A stretch of DNA of 64,000 nucleotides, taken from positions 608,001 to 672,000 of the forward strand of contig CAWJYV010000007.1 in NCBI GenBank assembly GCA_963847185.1. The letters are read 5' to 3'. Positions 19,612 to 29,744 of the stretch are shown here, piece after piece. Source of the stretch: an uncultured Methanosarcinaceae archaeon (GTDB taxonomy: Archaea; Halobacteriota; Methanosarcinia; Methanosarcinales; Methanosarcinaceae). The translations under genes and the position numbers were made by a program. Position 1 is the first letter of the stretch, and every line of letters begins with the position of its first letter. The notes beneath the pieces were generated by a model. That model had not been told where the DNA came from. It saw nothing but the letters and a program-made list of their open reading frames with translations, and did no database searches.

Positions 19612-20535
19612 ATGGCCGGAAAAAGACAACTTCCTTTTGATTTGATGTTTGTTGCAGGTCTTGTGCTTCTTACTGACATCTTCATACTCGTGCCTACGCT
19701 TAGTGAAAACTTCCTGCGCACCTACCTGGGTATTATTCTGGTACTATTCTTGCCAGGCTATGCCCTAACTGGAGCTATCTTTCCTGCAAAAAAAGATCTT
19801 GAGGGGATTGAGAGAGCCGTTGTCTCCTTGGGGCTGAGTATCGCACTTGTTCCAATTTTAGGATTAGGTCTGAACTATACTGTATGGGGGATCAGGGAAA
19901 TTCCTGTACTTGCAGGACTCTCGGTTTTTACTCTCCTTATGTGCGTAGTTGCATACTACAAAAGAAGCTTAGTGCCTGAAACCGAAATTTCTGAAATCTC
20001 GCTTAAAGCTTCTTTCCTGAATTTGAAAACCGAAATTTTAGGTACTCCTCAATCTAATGTTGATAAAGTTCTTGCATTCTTTGTGGTTGTTTTGATTCTG
20101 GCCTCCATGGGTAGCCTGGCTTACGTGATAGGAGTTCCTAAAGAAAGAGAACATTTTACTGAATTCTACATTCTTGGAGCTAACGGAACAGCTGGGAATT
20201 ATCCTACAGAGTTTGTCAAGGGAGAAAATGGGACGGTCATTGTAGGTATTGTTAATCATGAGTACGGACCCGTAGATTATACAATGGAGATAAAGCTTGA
20301 AAATAAGTCTTTGCCTCTCTCGAAAAACCAGAGACCGATAAGCCTTGAACACAACATGTCCTGGGAAAATCCAGTTACTTTTACTCCTCCCTTTGAAGGA
20401 AACAATATGAAGCTAGAGTTTCTGATTTTTAACGAAACCGAAAAAACAGTGCCTTACAGGGATCTGCATCTCTGGATTAATGTTACCAGTGAGATTAATG
20501 TTACCAATGAGAGTAATGTTACTAAGGAGGCCTGA
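19612..20535 (+). CDS. DUF1616 domain membrane protein
   Basis: LFLPGYAL, GIERAVVSLGLS, FTEFYILG..G.AGNYP, YRDLHLWINV. Confidence 0.85.
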   Translation: MAGKRQLPFDLMFVAGLVLLTDIFILVPTLSENFLRTYLGIILVLFLPGYALTGAIFPAKKDLEGIERAVVSLGLSIALVPILGLGLNYTVWGIREIPVLAGLSVFTLLMCVVAYYKRSLVPETEISEISLKASFLNLKTEILGTPQSNVDKVLAFFVVVLILASMGSLAYVIGVPKEREHFTEFYILGANGTAGNYPTEFVKGENGTVIVGIVNHEYGPVDYTMEIKLENKSLPLSKNQRPISLEHNMSWENPVTFTPPFEGNNMKLEFLIFNETEKTVPYRDLHLWINVTSEINVTNESNVTKEA

Positions 20536-20537
20536 AA

Positions 20538-21413
20538 ATGGCAGCATCAGACTTTCCAACTTCAGAGCTGGAAAGAGGACAGATTTCTTTGCCGGAGCTC
20601 GGGAAAATGTTTAAAATGCCAACGGAAGAAAAAATTGGATTTCTGAAAAAAATATATTATGCAGGAATCCCCGCGCTTGCAATTATATTTGCTGAGTTGA
20701 TGATTTTCGGAGGAAGATTAAAAGAAGCCTCAATAGTTTACACTCTTCTCCTTCTAACCCTTTCATTCTCAACAGCAGTTACAAAAAAGCAGGAGATACG
20801 CAAAATCCACCAGGCATTTCTGCTTCTACCAATTTTCCGACTGGTAAACCTTTCAATGCCAATCTTTTTCAAGGTTAACCTTTATTCATTTATCTTCATT
20901 TATGCGCCTCTGGCAATGTCGGTAATAATTGCCACTGCTCATCAAGATTCCATGTTTGAGAAAAAAAAGGATACTCTTAAGAAAATGTGGATTTACCTTC
21001 CCCTCTCCATCATTGCAGGCCTGGCTTTTGGAGAAGCGGAATATCTCTTGATAGGATCCAGAGCCCTTATCCCTGATCTCTCACAGGTAAATCTGTTAAG
21101 CCTTATACTCATAATGGTTTTTATTGTCGCTTTGGTAGAGGAGCTTATCTTCAGGGCAGTCCTCCAGACAAGGCTTGCAGAGTTTCTGGGCCCTGCAGGA
21201 GGAGTTTTCCTTACAAGCCTTCTTTTCGGAGTAATGCATTCCAGTTATGGTACTTACTATGAAATGGCATATACATTTCTTGTAGGATGCTTTCTCGGAT
21301 ACTCTTTCTATAAAACAAGGAGTCTCCCTTTTGTTATTATGATTCACGGCTCGATAAATGTATTTTTGTTTGGGATAATCCCTTACTTAGGTCCTGGCCT
21401 GGGCTTCATATAA
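20538..21413 (+). CDS. CPBP (Abi/CAAX) family intramembrane glutamic endopeptidase
   Basis: EELIFR, LFGVMH and IHGSIN catalytic motifs; multiple TM segments. Confidence 0.9.
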   Translation: MAASDFPTSELERGQISLPELGKMFKMPTEEKIGFLKKIYYAGIPALAIIFAELMIFGGRLKEASIVYTLLLLTLSFSTAVTKKQEIRKIHQAFLLLPIFRLVNLSMPIFFKVNLYSFIFIYAPLAMSVIIATAHQDSMFEKKKDTLKKMWIYLPLSIIAGLAFGEAEYLLIGSRALIPDLSQVNLLSLILIMVFIVALVEELIFRAVLQTRLAEFLGPAGGVFLTSLLFGVMHSSYGTYYEMAYTFLVGCFLGYSFYKTRSLPFVIMIHGSINVFLFGIIPYLGPGLGFI

Positions 21414-21759
21414 AAGTACGTCATTAAACCGGAAATGTAAAACTGTGTAGTTTTGGTTGACTTTAAGCTCAGTACTAAAAATAATTTATTAAAGTTTTTC
21501 TTGAGAGCTGGCAACGTCTTTCAAAATTACATCATACCAAAAATCAAAATCTTCTACTCTCCTTCTTTAAGAATAAATAAAAACTATATTATATTTTCCT
21601 CTGATGTATACAAGAAGTCAGATAATCGATGTCAGAAAATTTATATGGAAGTACAAACGGTTTCCTTCTTTACTGAAAACGGGAAATTATATAATATATT
21701 CTCTTTAAAGAAGGTTACCTTTTTTCGTAAAAATATTTCAGGTTTTCAGAGGATAATTT

Positions 21760-22524
21760 ATGGAAAAACATCTAGACCGCTTCTGGGAGATTGATTGTCT
21801 GCGAGGATTTGCTGTCCTTTTGATGCTTTTGTATCATTTCCTTTACGATCTGGACTTTTTCAGACTTGCGGATATCCAGCTCAGATCCGGTCTACTTCTG
21901 TTTGAAGGCCGAGGTTCGGCTTTTCTCTTCATTTTGATCTCAGGAATTGCTCTCTCTATAAGTCATTCAAGAGCGCTTGATAAGGGAGCTTGCGGAGAGA
22001 ACATAGAAAAGTTTTCGAAATATCTTAAAAGAGGGCTCAAACTTTTTTTCATGGGTACCCTGATCACAGGTATAACCTGGGTCTTCTTTCCTGGAGAGTA
22101 TATTGTTTTTGGAATTCTCCACTTTTTTGGAGTTTCGGCAGTACTTGTCTATCCCTTTTTGAAATACGGAAAAGAAAACCTATTTTTCAGCCTTTTCTTT
22201 GGTCTTGCAGGACTCTATCTTATGGAAAAGACATTTAATTTTTCCACGTTACTCTGGCTGGGTTTTGTGCCCGAAAACTTCAAAACTCTGGATTATTTTC
22301 CTATATTTCCCTGGTTTGGAGTACTTCTTGCAGGGATTTTTCTTGGCAATTCGCTGTATGCAGGTGGAGAAAGACAGTTTAAAGTTCCATTTCCCGGAAA
22401 AAGTCCCATAATAAGATCCATTTCATATGTAGGGCAGCATTCTCTCTTTATATACTTCATCCATCAGCCGCTCTTTCTTCTACTTCTAATCCTTATTGGA
22501 GTACTCGACCCGAACATGTTATAA
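21760..22524 (+). CDS. DUF1624 (heparan-alpha-glucosaminide N-acetyltransferase-like) membrane protein
   Basis: RFWEIDCLRGFAVLLM..YH, FGILHFFG, DYFPIFPWFG, GQHSLFIYFIHQP. Confidence 0.85.
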   Translation: MEKHLDRFWEIDCLRGFAVLLMLLYHFLYDLDFFRLADIQLRSGLLLFEGRGSAFLFILISGIALSISHSRALDKGACGENIEKFSKYLKRGLKLFFMGTLITGITWVFFPGEYIVFGILHFFGVSAVLVYPFLKYGKENLFFSLFFGLAGLYLMEKTFNFSTLLWLGFVPENFKTLDYFPIFPWFGVLLAGIFLGNSLYAGGERQFKVPFPGKSPIIRSISYVGQHSLFIYFIHQPLFLLLLILIGVLDPNML

Positions 22525-22930
22525 AAACATTAGAAAATAGGTATAAATATACTCGAAACAATTCTCAGATTTTAAATGTTTGAATAGATTAAGAAAGACT
22601 GCTGATGAATAAAATAATATCCAGATTCAAGATTTTATCGGCATCACAATTTATCTACTAATTTTCGAGTTCATTTTTTTCCTGAATATCTGAGCGGCTT
22701 TTTAAAGCAAAGGTTGTGCTTTTTTACTCAAATCTGCCAGTTAAGTATTTGTCAGAAGACGCAAAACCTGCTGGTTTTATATACTATTTAACATACGTTT
22801 TTACATATTCACATCTTGCAGTAACATTCTAATCAACTTCTACCTACCTGATGATATCTGGAATGCATGATGAAATGAAAGTTTCCTGCATGTCCCAGTA
22901 AAAGGGCAGGAATATAGAAATCAAAAGCTT

Positions 22931-23260
22931 ATGACGGAGAAAAAAATGTATCTGGAAATTTCAATGATTGCTTATTTTGTAGTTCTTTTTCTGACCCTGC
23001 GAGATATAAGGATTTTTAAGCGAACAGGCTATCGTTCTTACAGGAAAGGAGCCCTGAGAGGACTTGCAGCTTCTTCCCTGGTGCTAATTGGAGCAATTAT
23101 TGTTGAGGCAAAACCGGAGCTTGGATTGCTTATTGTTTTGATAGGGCTCTTCATTAATCGCAAAGGGGTAAGAGAGCGTGTTTTTACTAATGCGGGAACT
23201 TTTGATCGTTTTTTGGGAAAAACTGATTATGTGAGGAAAAAAATGAAAAAATACGCGTAA
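22931..23260 (+). CDS. Small membrane hypothetical protein
   Basis: Three hydrophobic segments, basic loops, clean ORF. Confidence 0.7.
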   Translation: MTEKKMYLEISMIAYFVVLFLTLRDIRIFKRTGYRSYRKGALRGLAASSLVLIGAIIVEAKPELGLLIVLIGLFINRKGVRERVFTNAGTFDRFLGKTDYVRKKMKKYA

Positions 23261-23664
23261 AAATGCAGAATAAATTTAATAGAAGATACGTCTAAATGAT
23301 ATATCGTGCAGCGATACTGATTAGTTGAATTTCACTGATTGGTGCAGTGGTACTGATTAGTGACAGTACCATCATCCCAAAAATTATTTAAATAAAGATT
23401 ATAAGCTGCTTATGTACTTCCAAACAATTGAGAAAAGGAACGATAAGCTTCAAAGTTTGGGGGGAATGATTACCCCAAAACTTATAAATCTCAAGTGCCC
23501 TATTAGTCAAAATCATTATCACTCAAATTTTTGCATCCAGTTTTCACGAGATCTATCAATCGGAGAAAAGAAAACAGGCACTAAAGAACTGTTTTTTGCG
23601 TCCGACTTCACGTTAACCAGAAATCACAGTAAAATATGGTGAGACAAGACAGAAGTAACTTTGA

Positions 23665-23901
<237 letters not shown>

Positions 23902-23941
23902 ACAGTAAATTTACTTTCGGGACAAAGGCGGGATATCTTAC

Positions 23942-24817
23942 ATGTTTGAAGGAGCAATGCCTGCTCTGATCACTCCTTTTACAAAGGACAACAGGATTGA
24001 CAGAGAAGGCCTACAGCGGAATATTGCATTTGTTGAAGAGGGAGGAGTTTCAGGGATTGTGCCATGTGGCACAACCGGAGAATCGGCAACTCTCTCCGCA
24101 CTCGAGCACGAAGAAGTCATTGATATTGCAGTAGAATGTTCAAAGGTTCCTGTGATTGCAGGGACAGGCTCAAACAACACAGAGGAAGCTCTCCAATTTA
24201 CAAAACATGCTGCAGATGCAGGTGTTGATGGAGTACTTCTTATTTCTCCTTATTACAACAAACCAAATCCTGCAGGCCTGCTTGCACACTTCAAGAAAAT
24301 TGCAGAGGCTGTGGATATCCCTATGATCCTCTACAATGTCCCTTCCCGTACAGGACAGGACATGCCAGTAGATGTTATCGCCGAACTTGCAAAAGTGGAA
24401 AATATAGTGGGAATTAAGGAAGCCAGCGGAAATGTTGGCAAAGTTTCCCAGATCCTGGAAAGTACTGTAGATGAGAATTTCGTCCTCCTTTCAGGCGAAG
24501 ACGGACTTACACTTCCTATTCTCTCAATAGGGGGCAGAGGAGTAATTTCTGTTGCTGCAAATATAGTTCCTGATAAAATGTCCAGAATGGTAAATGCAGC
24601 TCTTGCCGGAGACTACGAAACTGCAAGAAAAATCCATTTTGAGGTCGATCCTCTGATTCGTGCCCTGTTTCTTGAAACAAATCCTATTCCAGTTAAGAAA
24701 GCTGCAGAGCTTATGGGGCTTGCAAGCGGGCACCTGAGGCTTCCACTCGCACCCCTCAGTGGGACAAATACTGTGAAGCTTGCAGAAGAACTCAGAAAAT
24801 TAGGGGTAATAGAATGA
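23942..24817 (+). CDS. dapA: 4-hydroxy-tetrahydrodipicolinate synthase
   Basis: ALITPF, GTTGESATL, PYYNKP, LYNVPSRTG, GIKEASG. Confidence 0.96.
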   Translation: MFEGAMPALITPFTKDNRIDREGLQRNIAFVEEGGVSGIVPCGTTGESATLSALEHEEVIDIAVECSKVPVIAGTGSNNTEEALQFTKHAADAGVDGVLLISPYYNKPNPAGLLAHFKKIAEAVDIPMILYNVPSRTGQDMPVDVIAELAKVENIVGIKEASGNVGKVSQILESTVDENFVLLSGEDGLTLPILSIGGRGVISVAANIVPDKMSRMVNAALAGDYETARKIHFEVDPLIRALFLETNPIPVKKAAELMGLASGHLRLPLAPLSGTNTVKLAEELRKLGVIE

Positions 24818-25605
24818 TCAATGCAGCAGTACTCGGAGCCTGCGGCAGGATGGGCTCTTTAATTATAGAAAATATTACCAGTTCTCCTGACATGCAGCTT
24901 GTTGCCGCCTTTGACATCAGTAACTTTGGTAAAGATGCCGGAGAATTCGCTCATGTAGGCAACCTGGGGATTCAAATCTCAGACGTAAAAGACCTTGAAA
25001 ACGTCCTTACAAAAACTCAGACTGACGTTCTTATTGATTTTACAGCTGCATCAGCAACTGTAATAAATGCTCCAATAGCTGCATCCTGTGGAGTAAACCT
25101 TATAATAGGAACTACAGGCCTGACTGCAGAGCAACGAGTGGTAATTGATGAAGCTATTCGGAAAAACCAGGTGCGTGCAGTTATTTCTCCTAACTATTCC
25201 GTAGGAGTAAACGTCTTTTTCAAGATACTGAAGGAAGCTGCAAAGTATCTTGCAGATTATGATATCGAAATTATAGAAGGTCACCATAACCAGAAGAAAG
25301 ATGCTCCAAGCGGGACTGCACTTCGGGCAGCCGACGTGATAAGTGAGGCTGTTGGAGGAAAAGAATATGTCTACGGCAGGGAAGGAATTGCCCCGCGTGG
25401 AAAAGAAATAGGAATTCATGCAGTTCGTGCAGGAGATATTACAGGAGACCATACAGTCCTTTTTGTAGGCAATTCAGAAAGGATCGAAATCAGGCACATG
25501 GCTCACTCCCGCCAGATCTTTGCCAAAGGCGCAGTTCGCGCAGCCGAATGGATCTGCGGACAGGAACCTGGAATTTATTCCATGGACAATGTACTGGGAT
25601 TGTAA
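24814..25605 (+). CDS. dapB: 4-hydroxy-tetrahydrodipicolinate reductase
   Basis: GACGRMG, IGTTG, EGHHNQKKDAPSGTA, FAKGAVRAAEW. Confidence 0.96.
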   Translation: MINAAVLGACGRMGSLIIENITSSPDMQLVAAFDISNFGKDAGEFAHVGNLGIQISDVKDLENVLTKTQTDVLIDFTAASATVINAPIAASCGVNLIIGTTGLTAEQRVVIDEAIRKNQVRAVISPNYSVGVNVFFKILKEAAKYLADYDIEIIEGHHNQKKDAPSGTALRAADVISEAVGGKEYVYGREGIAPRGKEIGIHAVRAGDITGDHTVLFVGNSERIEIRHMAHSRQIFAKGAVRAAEWICGQEPGIYSMDNVLGL

Positions 25606-26076
25606 ATCAATATTTTTGATTCTCGAATAACACAACTTAGTGTGGCCAAAGAGATACCATAAATTTCTCTCAGGCTCACTTTAATTTTGATAGCCTGAAT
25701 TATATTTTTGTGTTTTCATTCTATTTTTTGGATTTTTCTAAGTTCTCCTCACTTCCATATTTTTTAAGTTCCATCTTTCTATATAGTCACTCAAAAACTT
25801 TAAATAATAGGGAATAGGAAATAGGTTACTGTCTGCTTGCAAGTTTTCAACCCCTGGAGTCTAAAAACACCTTCTCACACAACATAGTAGAAATAATTAC
25901 TTGCAAGCATGAAATTCCAATAAATAATTTATTTCGGGAATAATTGCATGGGCTCCCGAAAACGAAAAACGAAAGCTTGAAAAACGGAAACTTAAAAAAT
26001 GATTCTCATGAACCTCTGTGGAGCCCTGCAAATTCAATAGTGTCATTCTTTTTTAAATATAATCCAGAAGGGAGAT

Positions 26077-26493
26077 TCAGGCCGTAACCTCTCCTACTGA
26101 AAGGGGTTGATCTTCCGCATAGTCGGCATAAAGTTCTACTTCAACAGTGTTCCAGGGTTGGATATTCGCACTATATGTTTCCGTAAGTCCATTATCGAGA
26201 GTAAATTTGAATGTATAATCTACAACCTCAAACCCTGGCACATGGAATCTGAAGGGTTTAGGATAATAAACTTCCTCTCCTGCTGAAAGCTCATATGTTT
26301 CATTGAGCACTGAATTATTTTTTGAGTCATATATCTCTACCCTGAGTTCATGGACTCCGATATCGTGGTTTCGGATTGAGAAAAGTGAAGTCGGAGGGCC
26401 GGCTATAAGATAAGGGATGGCTATGAACAGTAGCATAAGTATCAATGCCAGAAGAGAAATTCCGATCAGTAGACTTTTTTTAAAACTCCTCAT
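26077..26493 (-). CDS. Membrane-anchored hypothetical protein
   Basis: N-terminal TM followed by a beta-rich domain. Confidence 0.65.
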   Translation of the reverse strand: MRSFKKSLLIGISLLALILMLLFIAIPYLIAGPPTSLFSIRNHDIGVHELRVEIYDSKNNSVLNETYELSAGEEVYYPKPFRFHVPGFEVVDYTFKFTLDNGLTETYSANIQPWNTVEVELYADYAEDQPLSVGEVTA

Positions 26494-26890
26494 AAGGATT
26501 CCGCCTAATTTCAATTGTTAGATTTCAATTACTTACATTGGGCAGTTTCAAACTTTTTCAAACACAAGCTCAGAACTTAAGTTTTCAATTCTATCCGCAA
26601 CAATGACGTTTCCCTGTATCCCAAGCTTTTTTCCTCGATACTATTTTCTGCGAATGAGGAGCTCATCATCAGCTGAAACAAGGCAGAGCCCGTGGTAGAG
26701 TACAACCAGTGCTTTTCCTTCGTGTTCGATGGAGAATACACTCTCATATTTGCTTCCAATGCCTCCAAAAACAATGATAAATGGTATGCTGAGAAATAAA
26801 GAAGGACGTTCATAGATCTGGAGTCGACAGCTGCTTTAGCTTCAACTCTGAATGCCTCAGCTTTCACTTTTCTTTTTTCTTCTTCGTTCT

Positions 26891-27079
26891 TTATTTAGAG
26901 TCCAATGGGTCCACAATTAATAAGGGAAGCAGAAAAATACCTGTAACTACTGCAAAACCCAGCATCCAATCATCTACTAGTAGTAAAATAAGGATAGGGG
27001 CAGCAGCCGTAATTCCCAAAATAAGAAAGATTTTTTCTATTTTATTCAAGTTCACACCCTTTTGGGATTTAAAAATCAA
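26891..27079 (-). CDS. Small two-TM hypothetical protein
   Basis: Hydrophobic ORF overlapping the stop of the upstream ArsR-like gene. Confidence 0.5.
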   Translation of the reverse strand: MIFKSQKGVNLNKIEKIFLILGITAAAPILILLLVDDWMLGFAVVTGIFLLPLLIVDPLDSK

Positions 27080-27462
27080 TCTCTGCTAAAGAAGAGATCT
27101 TCTTCCTCATATTGCAGAAGTAGATCAAGGACTGACACCCTGCTGACATCCCTGCAGCCAGGGACAAGGATTATTATTTTTTCAACACGTTCGTAAACCT
27201 TTATCTTTCGGCCTCTCTGGCTCCATTTAATCTTTGAAACTCTTATCAAGTTGACTTCAAGAAGGGAATCTAGATTATATTTAAGAGTATTCAAACCCAA
27301 GCCTAGCTTTTCTGCAAGTTCACCTGCTGACATCTCATTAGTTTCCAGAAGTTGCAGGATTTTCATTGAATTTATGTTTGAGAGAGTCTGTACTAGTTTT
27401 CGGGAAATTTCTGAAAGGAAGAGTACTTCTAATTTTTTTTCAGAGAAGTCCTCCTTCGGCAT
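27076..27462 (-). CDS. ArsR/SmtB-like helix-turn-helix regulator
   Basis: LSNINSMKILQLL..MSAGELAEKLGLGLNTLKYNLDSLLEVNLI..WSQRGRKIKVY. Confidence 0.85.
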   Translation of the reverse strand: MPKEDFSEKKLEVLFLSEISRKLVQTLSNINSMKILQLLETNEMSAGELAEKLGLGLNTLKYNLDSLLEVNLIRVSKIKWSQRGRKIKVYERVEKIIILVPGCRDVSRVSVLDLLLQYEEEDLFFSRD

Positions 27463-27694
27463 ATCAATCCCTCACTATATAATCTGCTCTACACTTTTAT
27501 TAGCACAAAATTTTATTCACTTTTATGTTATTCATCTAATAGTCTTAATTGAACACAAACTTTAGCCTTGTTCCATATATCTTTTATGTCCACTTCATCG
27601 AACTATCTTGAGAAAACTTAAGAATTATTTCCAGTAAATAGAAACTTTTTTGAATAAAAATCTTAAAAAGTTCCAAAACAAAAAGCTATATATA

Positions 27695-27714
27695 GTCAAC
27701 ATCTAGATGTTTAC
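27695..27714. promoter_or_regulatory. Palindromic operator between the TATA box and the start codon
   Basis: GTC-AACATCTAGATGTT-TAC with a perfect 14-bp palindrome at 27698-27711; TATATATA at 27687-27694; ATG at 27717. Confidence 0.65.
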
Positions 27715-27716
27715 AT

Positions 27717-28166
27717 ATGTTCCTTCCGGCAGGTGAGAAACAGTTTGAATTCTGGATCTTGCACCGAAATGGATTCCCAAATATCAATATCGCAAAGCGT
27801 TTCGGGGTTTCCAGGCAGGCAGTTTCAAGAGCCCTTCTAAGTATGGATAAGCGCATTGAGGAATCCCTGCTTGAAATGGCAAGGGCAAACAAGATAGAAG
27901 TAGAAAAACTGGACTCAAAGAAAGGAATTCTCTTTGGAAGATCGGTTCCTTTCAAAGCCAATGCTGTAGTCTTCGTTTCGGTAAAACACGGAATGCAGGT
28001 CTGGTATGAGCACGAAGGAGAATGCGGGTCTTGTGAGAGGTACAGAGAATGTATCGAGCTTCTCTGGGACTTTGCAGAAGAAATGGGGCTCAAACTCCAG
28101 AGTACAGAAGATCCCACAAAAATAGCTGATGAACTGTTTGAGAAATTAAAAAATTTAATAGAATAG
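27717..28166 (+). CDS. HTH DNA-binding protein with C-terminal H-x3-CxxC-x5-C motif
   Basis: NINIAKRFGVSRQAVSRAL helix-turn-helix; HEGECGSCERYREC. Confidence 0.8.
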   Translation: MFLPAGEKQFEFWILHRNGFPNINIAKRFGVSRQAVSRALLSMDKRIEESLLEMARANKIEVEKLDSKKGILFGRSVPFKANAVVFVSVKHGMQVWYEHEGECGSCERYRECIELLWDFAEEMGLKLQSTEDPTKIADELFEKLKNLIE

Positions 28167-28204
28167 ACCTGACTAAAGGCAGGTAAACATAGGAAGGGTG
28201 AACG

Positions 28205-28927
28205 ATGAATGTCTTCACAAGGAGTATCAGGAAACTGATGGGTTGGTGTCCGAATGCAAAAACGCTTGAAACTCAACATTCCATCCACCCTGAATATTTT
28301 GAAGTGAATAACCAGGCCAGAGGAAAAGATGCTGGAAATTTTCCGGTCTTGCCTTCTGGCTGGTGGAATAAGCGCCATAACAGGGCATTAGTAATATCCT
28401 CAGGGCTGACTCTCTTTTCCATATTAGGGATTGGATTTATGGGAGTTCATCCTCTGGACAAATTCGTTTTTGGGTTAGTTATAGGAGCCGTTTTTAACCT
28501 GCTCTTTTGCATCTGGAACTGGCATTATCTAGATAGCGTAAAAAAGACAGGCAAGGAAATTAAGATAAACAATAGATCTCCAAAATGGAGAATTATAGAT
28601 CTAGTACTTTCTCTAGTATTGCTTTATCTCTTATTTACACAGTCTGACTGGGGACTCTTTTTGTTTTTTATCTTTGCCTTTTGTTTAATAACTCTGTTTT
28701 ATTACTTTAGTTTCAATTCAGCTGGCCTGGTAGTGCTACTTTCCTTAGGTTCATCGCTTGGTTGGGGATACGTTATGACGTTTCTATCCGGCTTTTGTTT
28801 AACAGCTTTTCTGTATTACCTTACAGATTTATACTGGGAAAAGAAGAATGGAAAAACAGTGCTTGTGTGCGGGCGTAAAATGCCAGGGATCTACATTGTA
28901 AATGCGGGAGAGGAGCAACGACCATGA
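28205..28927 (+). CDS. DUF1673 family membrane protein
   Basis: N-terminal IRKLMGWCPNAK, multiple TM segments, C-terminal YWEKKN. Confidence 0.85.
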   Translation: MNVFTRSIRKLMGWCPNAKTLETQHSIHPEYFEVNNQARGKDAGNFPVLPSGWWNKRHNRALVISSGLTLFSILGIGFMGVHPLDKFVFGLVIGAVFNLLFCIWNWHYLDSVKKTGKEIKINNRSPKWRIIDLVLSLVLLYLLFTQSDWGLFLFFIFAFCLITLFYYFSFNSAGLVVLLSLGSSLGWGYVMTFLSGFCLTAFLYYLTDLYWEKKNGKTVLVCGRKMPGIYIVNAGEEQRP

Positions 28928-29544
28928 ACCTTGAATTCATAAAAAAGCTAATGGGCTGGTGTCCTTACGCAAAAACTGCTGGAGCCGGCCCCCGGCTCAG
29001 TCCTGATAATTTTGAAACAAATGATCGATCGCAAGGAGAAAAAACAAGAAGTCCGATTGTTCCAAGCCAGCATTCCAGGCTTGATACCCAACTCCTCTTG
29101 CTACCATTTTTCTTTATTCCTGTTTATATAAACTTGTTATTTCGAAAAGGTATAAATACAGAGGCTTTCCTTCTCGGCCTTTCACTTTCTTTACCGATCT
29201 ATTTGCTCGGCTGGAAAAAACAGATGCATCAATACAATGAAGTGAAAGAAAAACCTGTAATTTCTCCTTTCTTTAGAATAATATTCTTCTGTATTTTCTT
29301 ATTCCTATTTTTGGGTTTGAGTTTGCTAATGGCTTTCTTGCCTTATATATCGTCTCATGCAGCTTATCTTTTTAACGATCAGGCACTGTACTCTTTCGTT
29401 TCAGGCACTCTGATTCTGATGTGGGGCTTCTATTTCCAGCTAATTTACTGGGAGAGGAAAAACCATATGAAAATGTATATGAAAAGAGAAAAAGGACAGC
29501 AAAAGCTGTATGTCCTTGGAGAAAAGAGGGAGAACTGTGACTAG
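28924..29544 (+). CDS. DUF1673 family membrane protein
   Basis: IKKLMGWCPYAK, TM segments, YWERKN; overlapping ATGA coupling to the previous gene. Confidence 0.85.
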   Translation: MNLEFIKKLMGWCPYAKTAGAGPRLSPDNFETNDRSQGEKTRSPIVPSQHSRLDTQLLLLPFFFIPVYINLLFRKGINTEAFLLGLSLSLPIYLLGWKKQMHQYNEVKEKPVISPFFRIIFFCIFLFLFLGLSLLMAFLPYISSHAAYLFNDQALYSFVSGTLILMWGFYFQLIYWERKNHMKMYMKREKGQQKLYVLGEKRENCD

Positions 29545-29653
29545 GGAACTCAATATTATCAAAAAATTAGTGGGCTGGTGCCCGATGAAAAACTCTTTGC
29601 AAAACAAAGGCCAAGGCAATTGCTTATCAGGTTTTGAATCAAAAAGAGACTGA
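29537..29653 (+). pseudogene. Truncated third DUF1673 member (N-terminal motif only, 38 aa)
   Basis: GTG start then TRELNIIKKLVGWCPMKNSLQNKGQGNCLSGFESKRD and a stop; not in the ORF track. Confidence 0.75.
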
Positions 29654-29744
29654 ATAAAATACAAAAACTGAGAAAAATTAAGAAATATCTGAAATTTTAA
29701 TTCTCTTAAGACTGGAAATGCCTGGAGAAAATATGAAAAATTCA

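Noticed and set aside
26577-26867. 96-aa minus-strand ORF
   Set aside because: No recognisable motif or ribosome-binding site; may be a gene fragment but cannot be supported
28164-29570. Pyrrolysine read-through at the TAG stops of 27717-28166 and 28924-29544
   Set aside because: Read-through meets another stop within a few codons and does not fuse to the next gene
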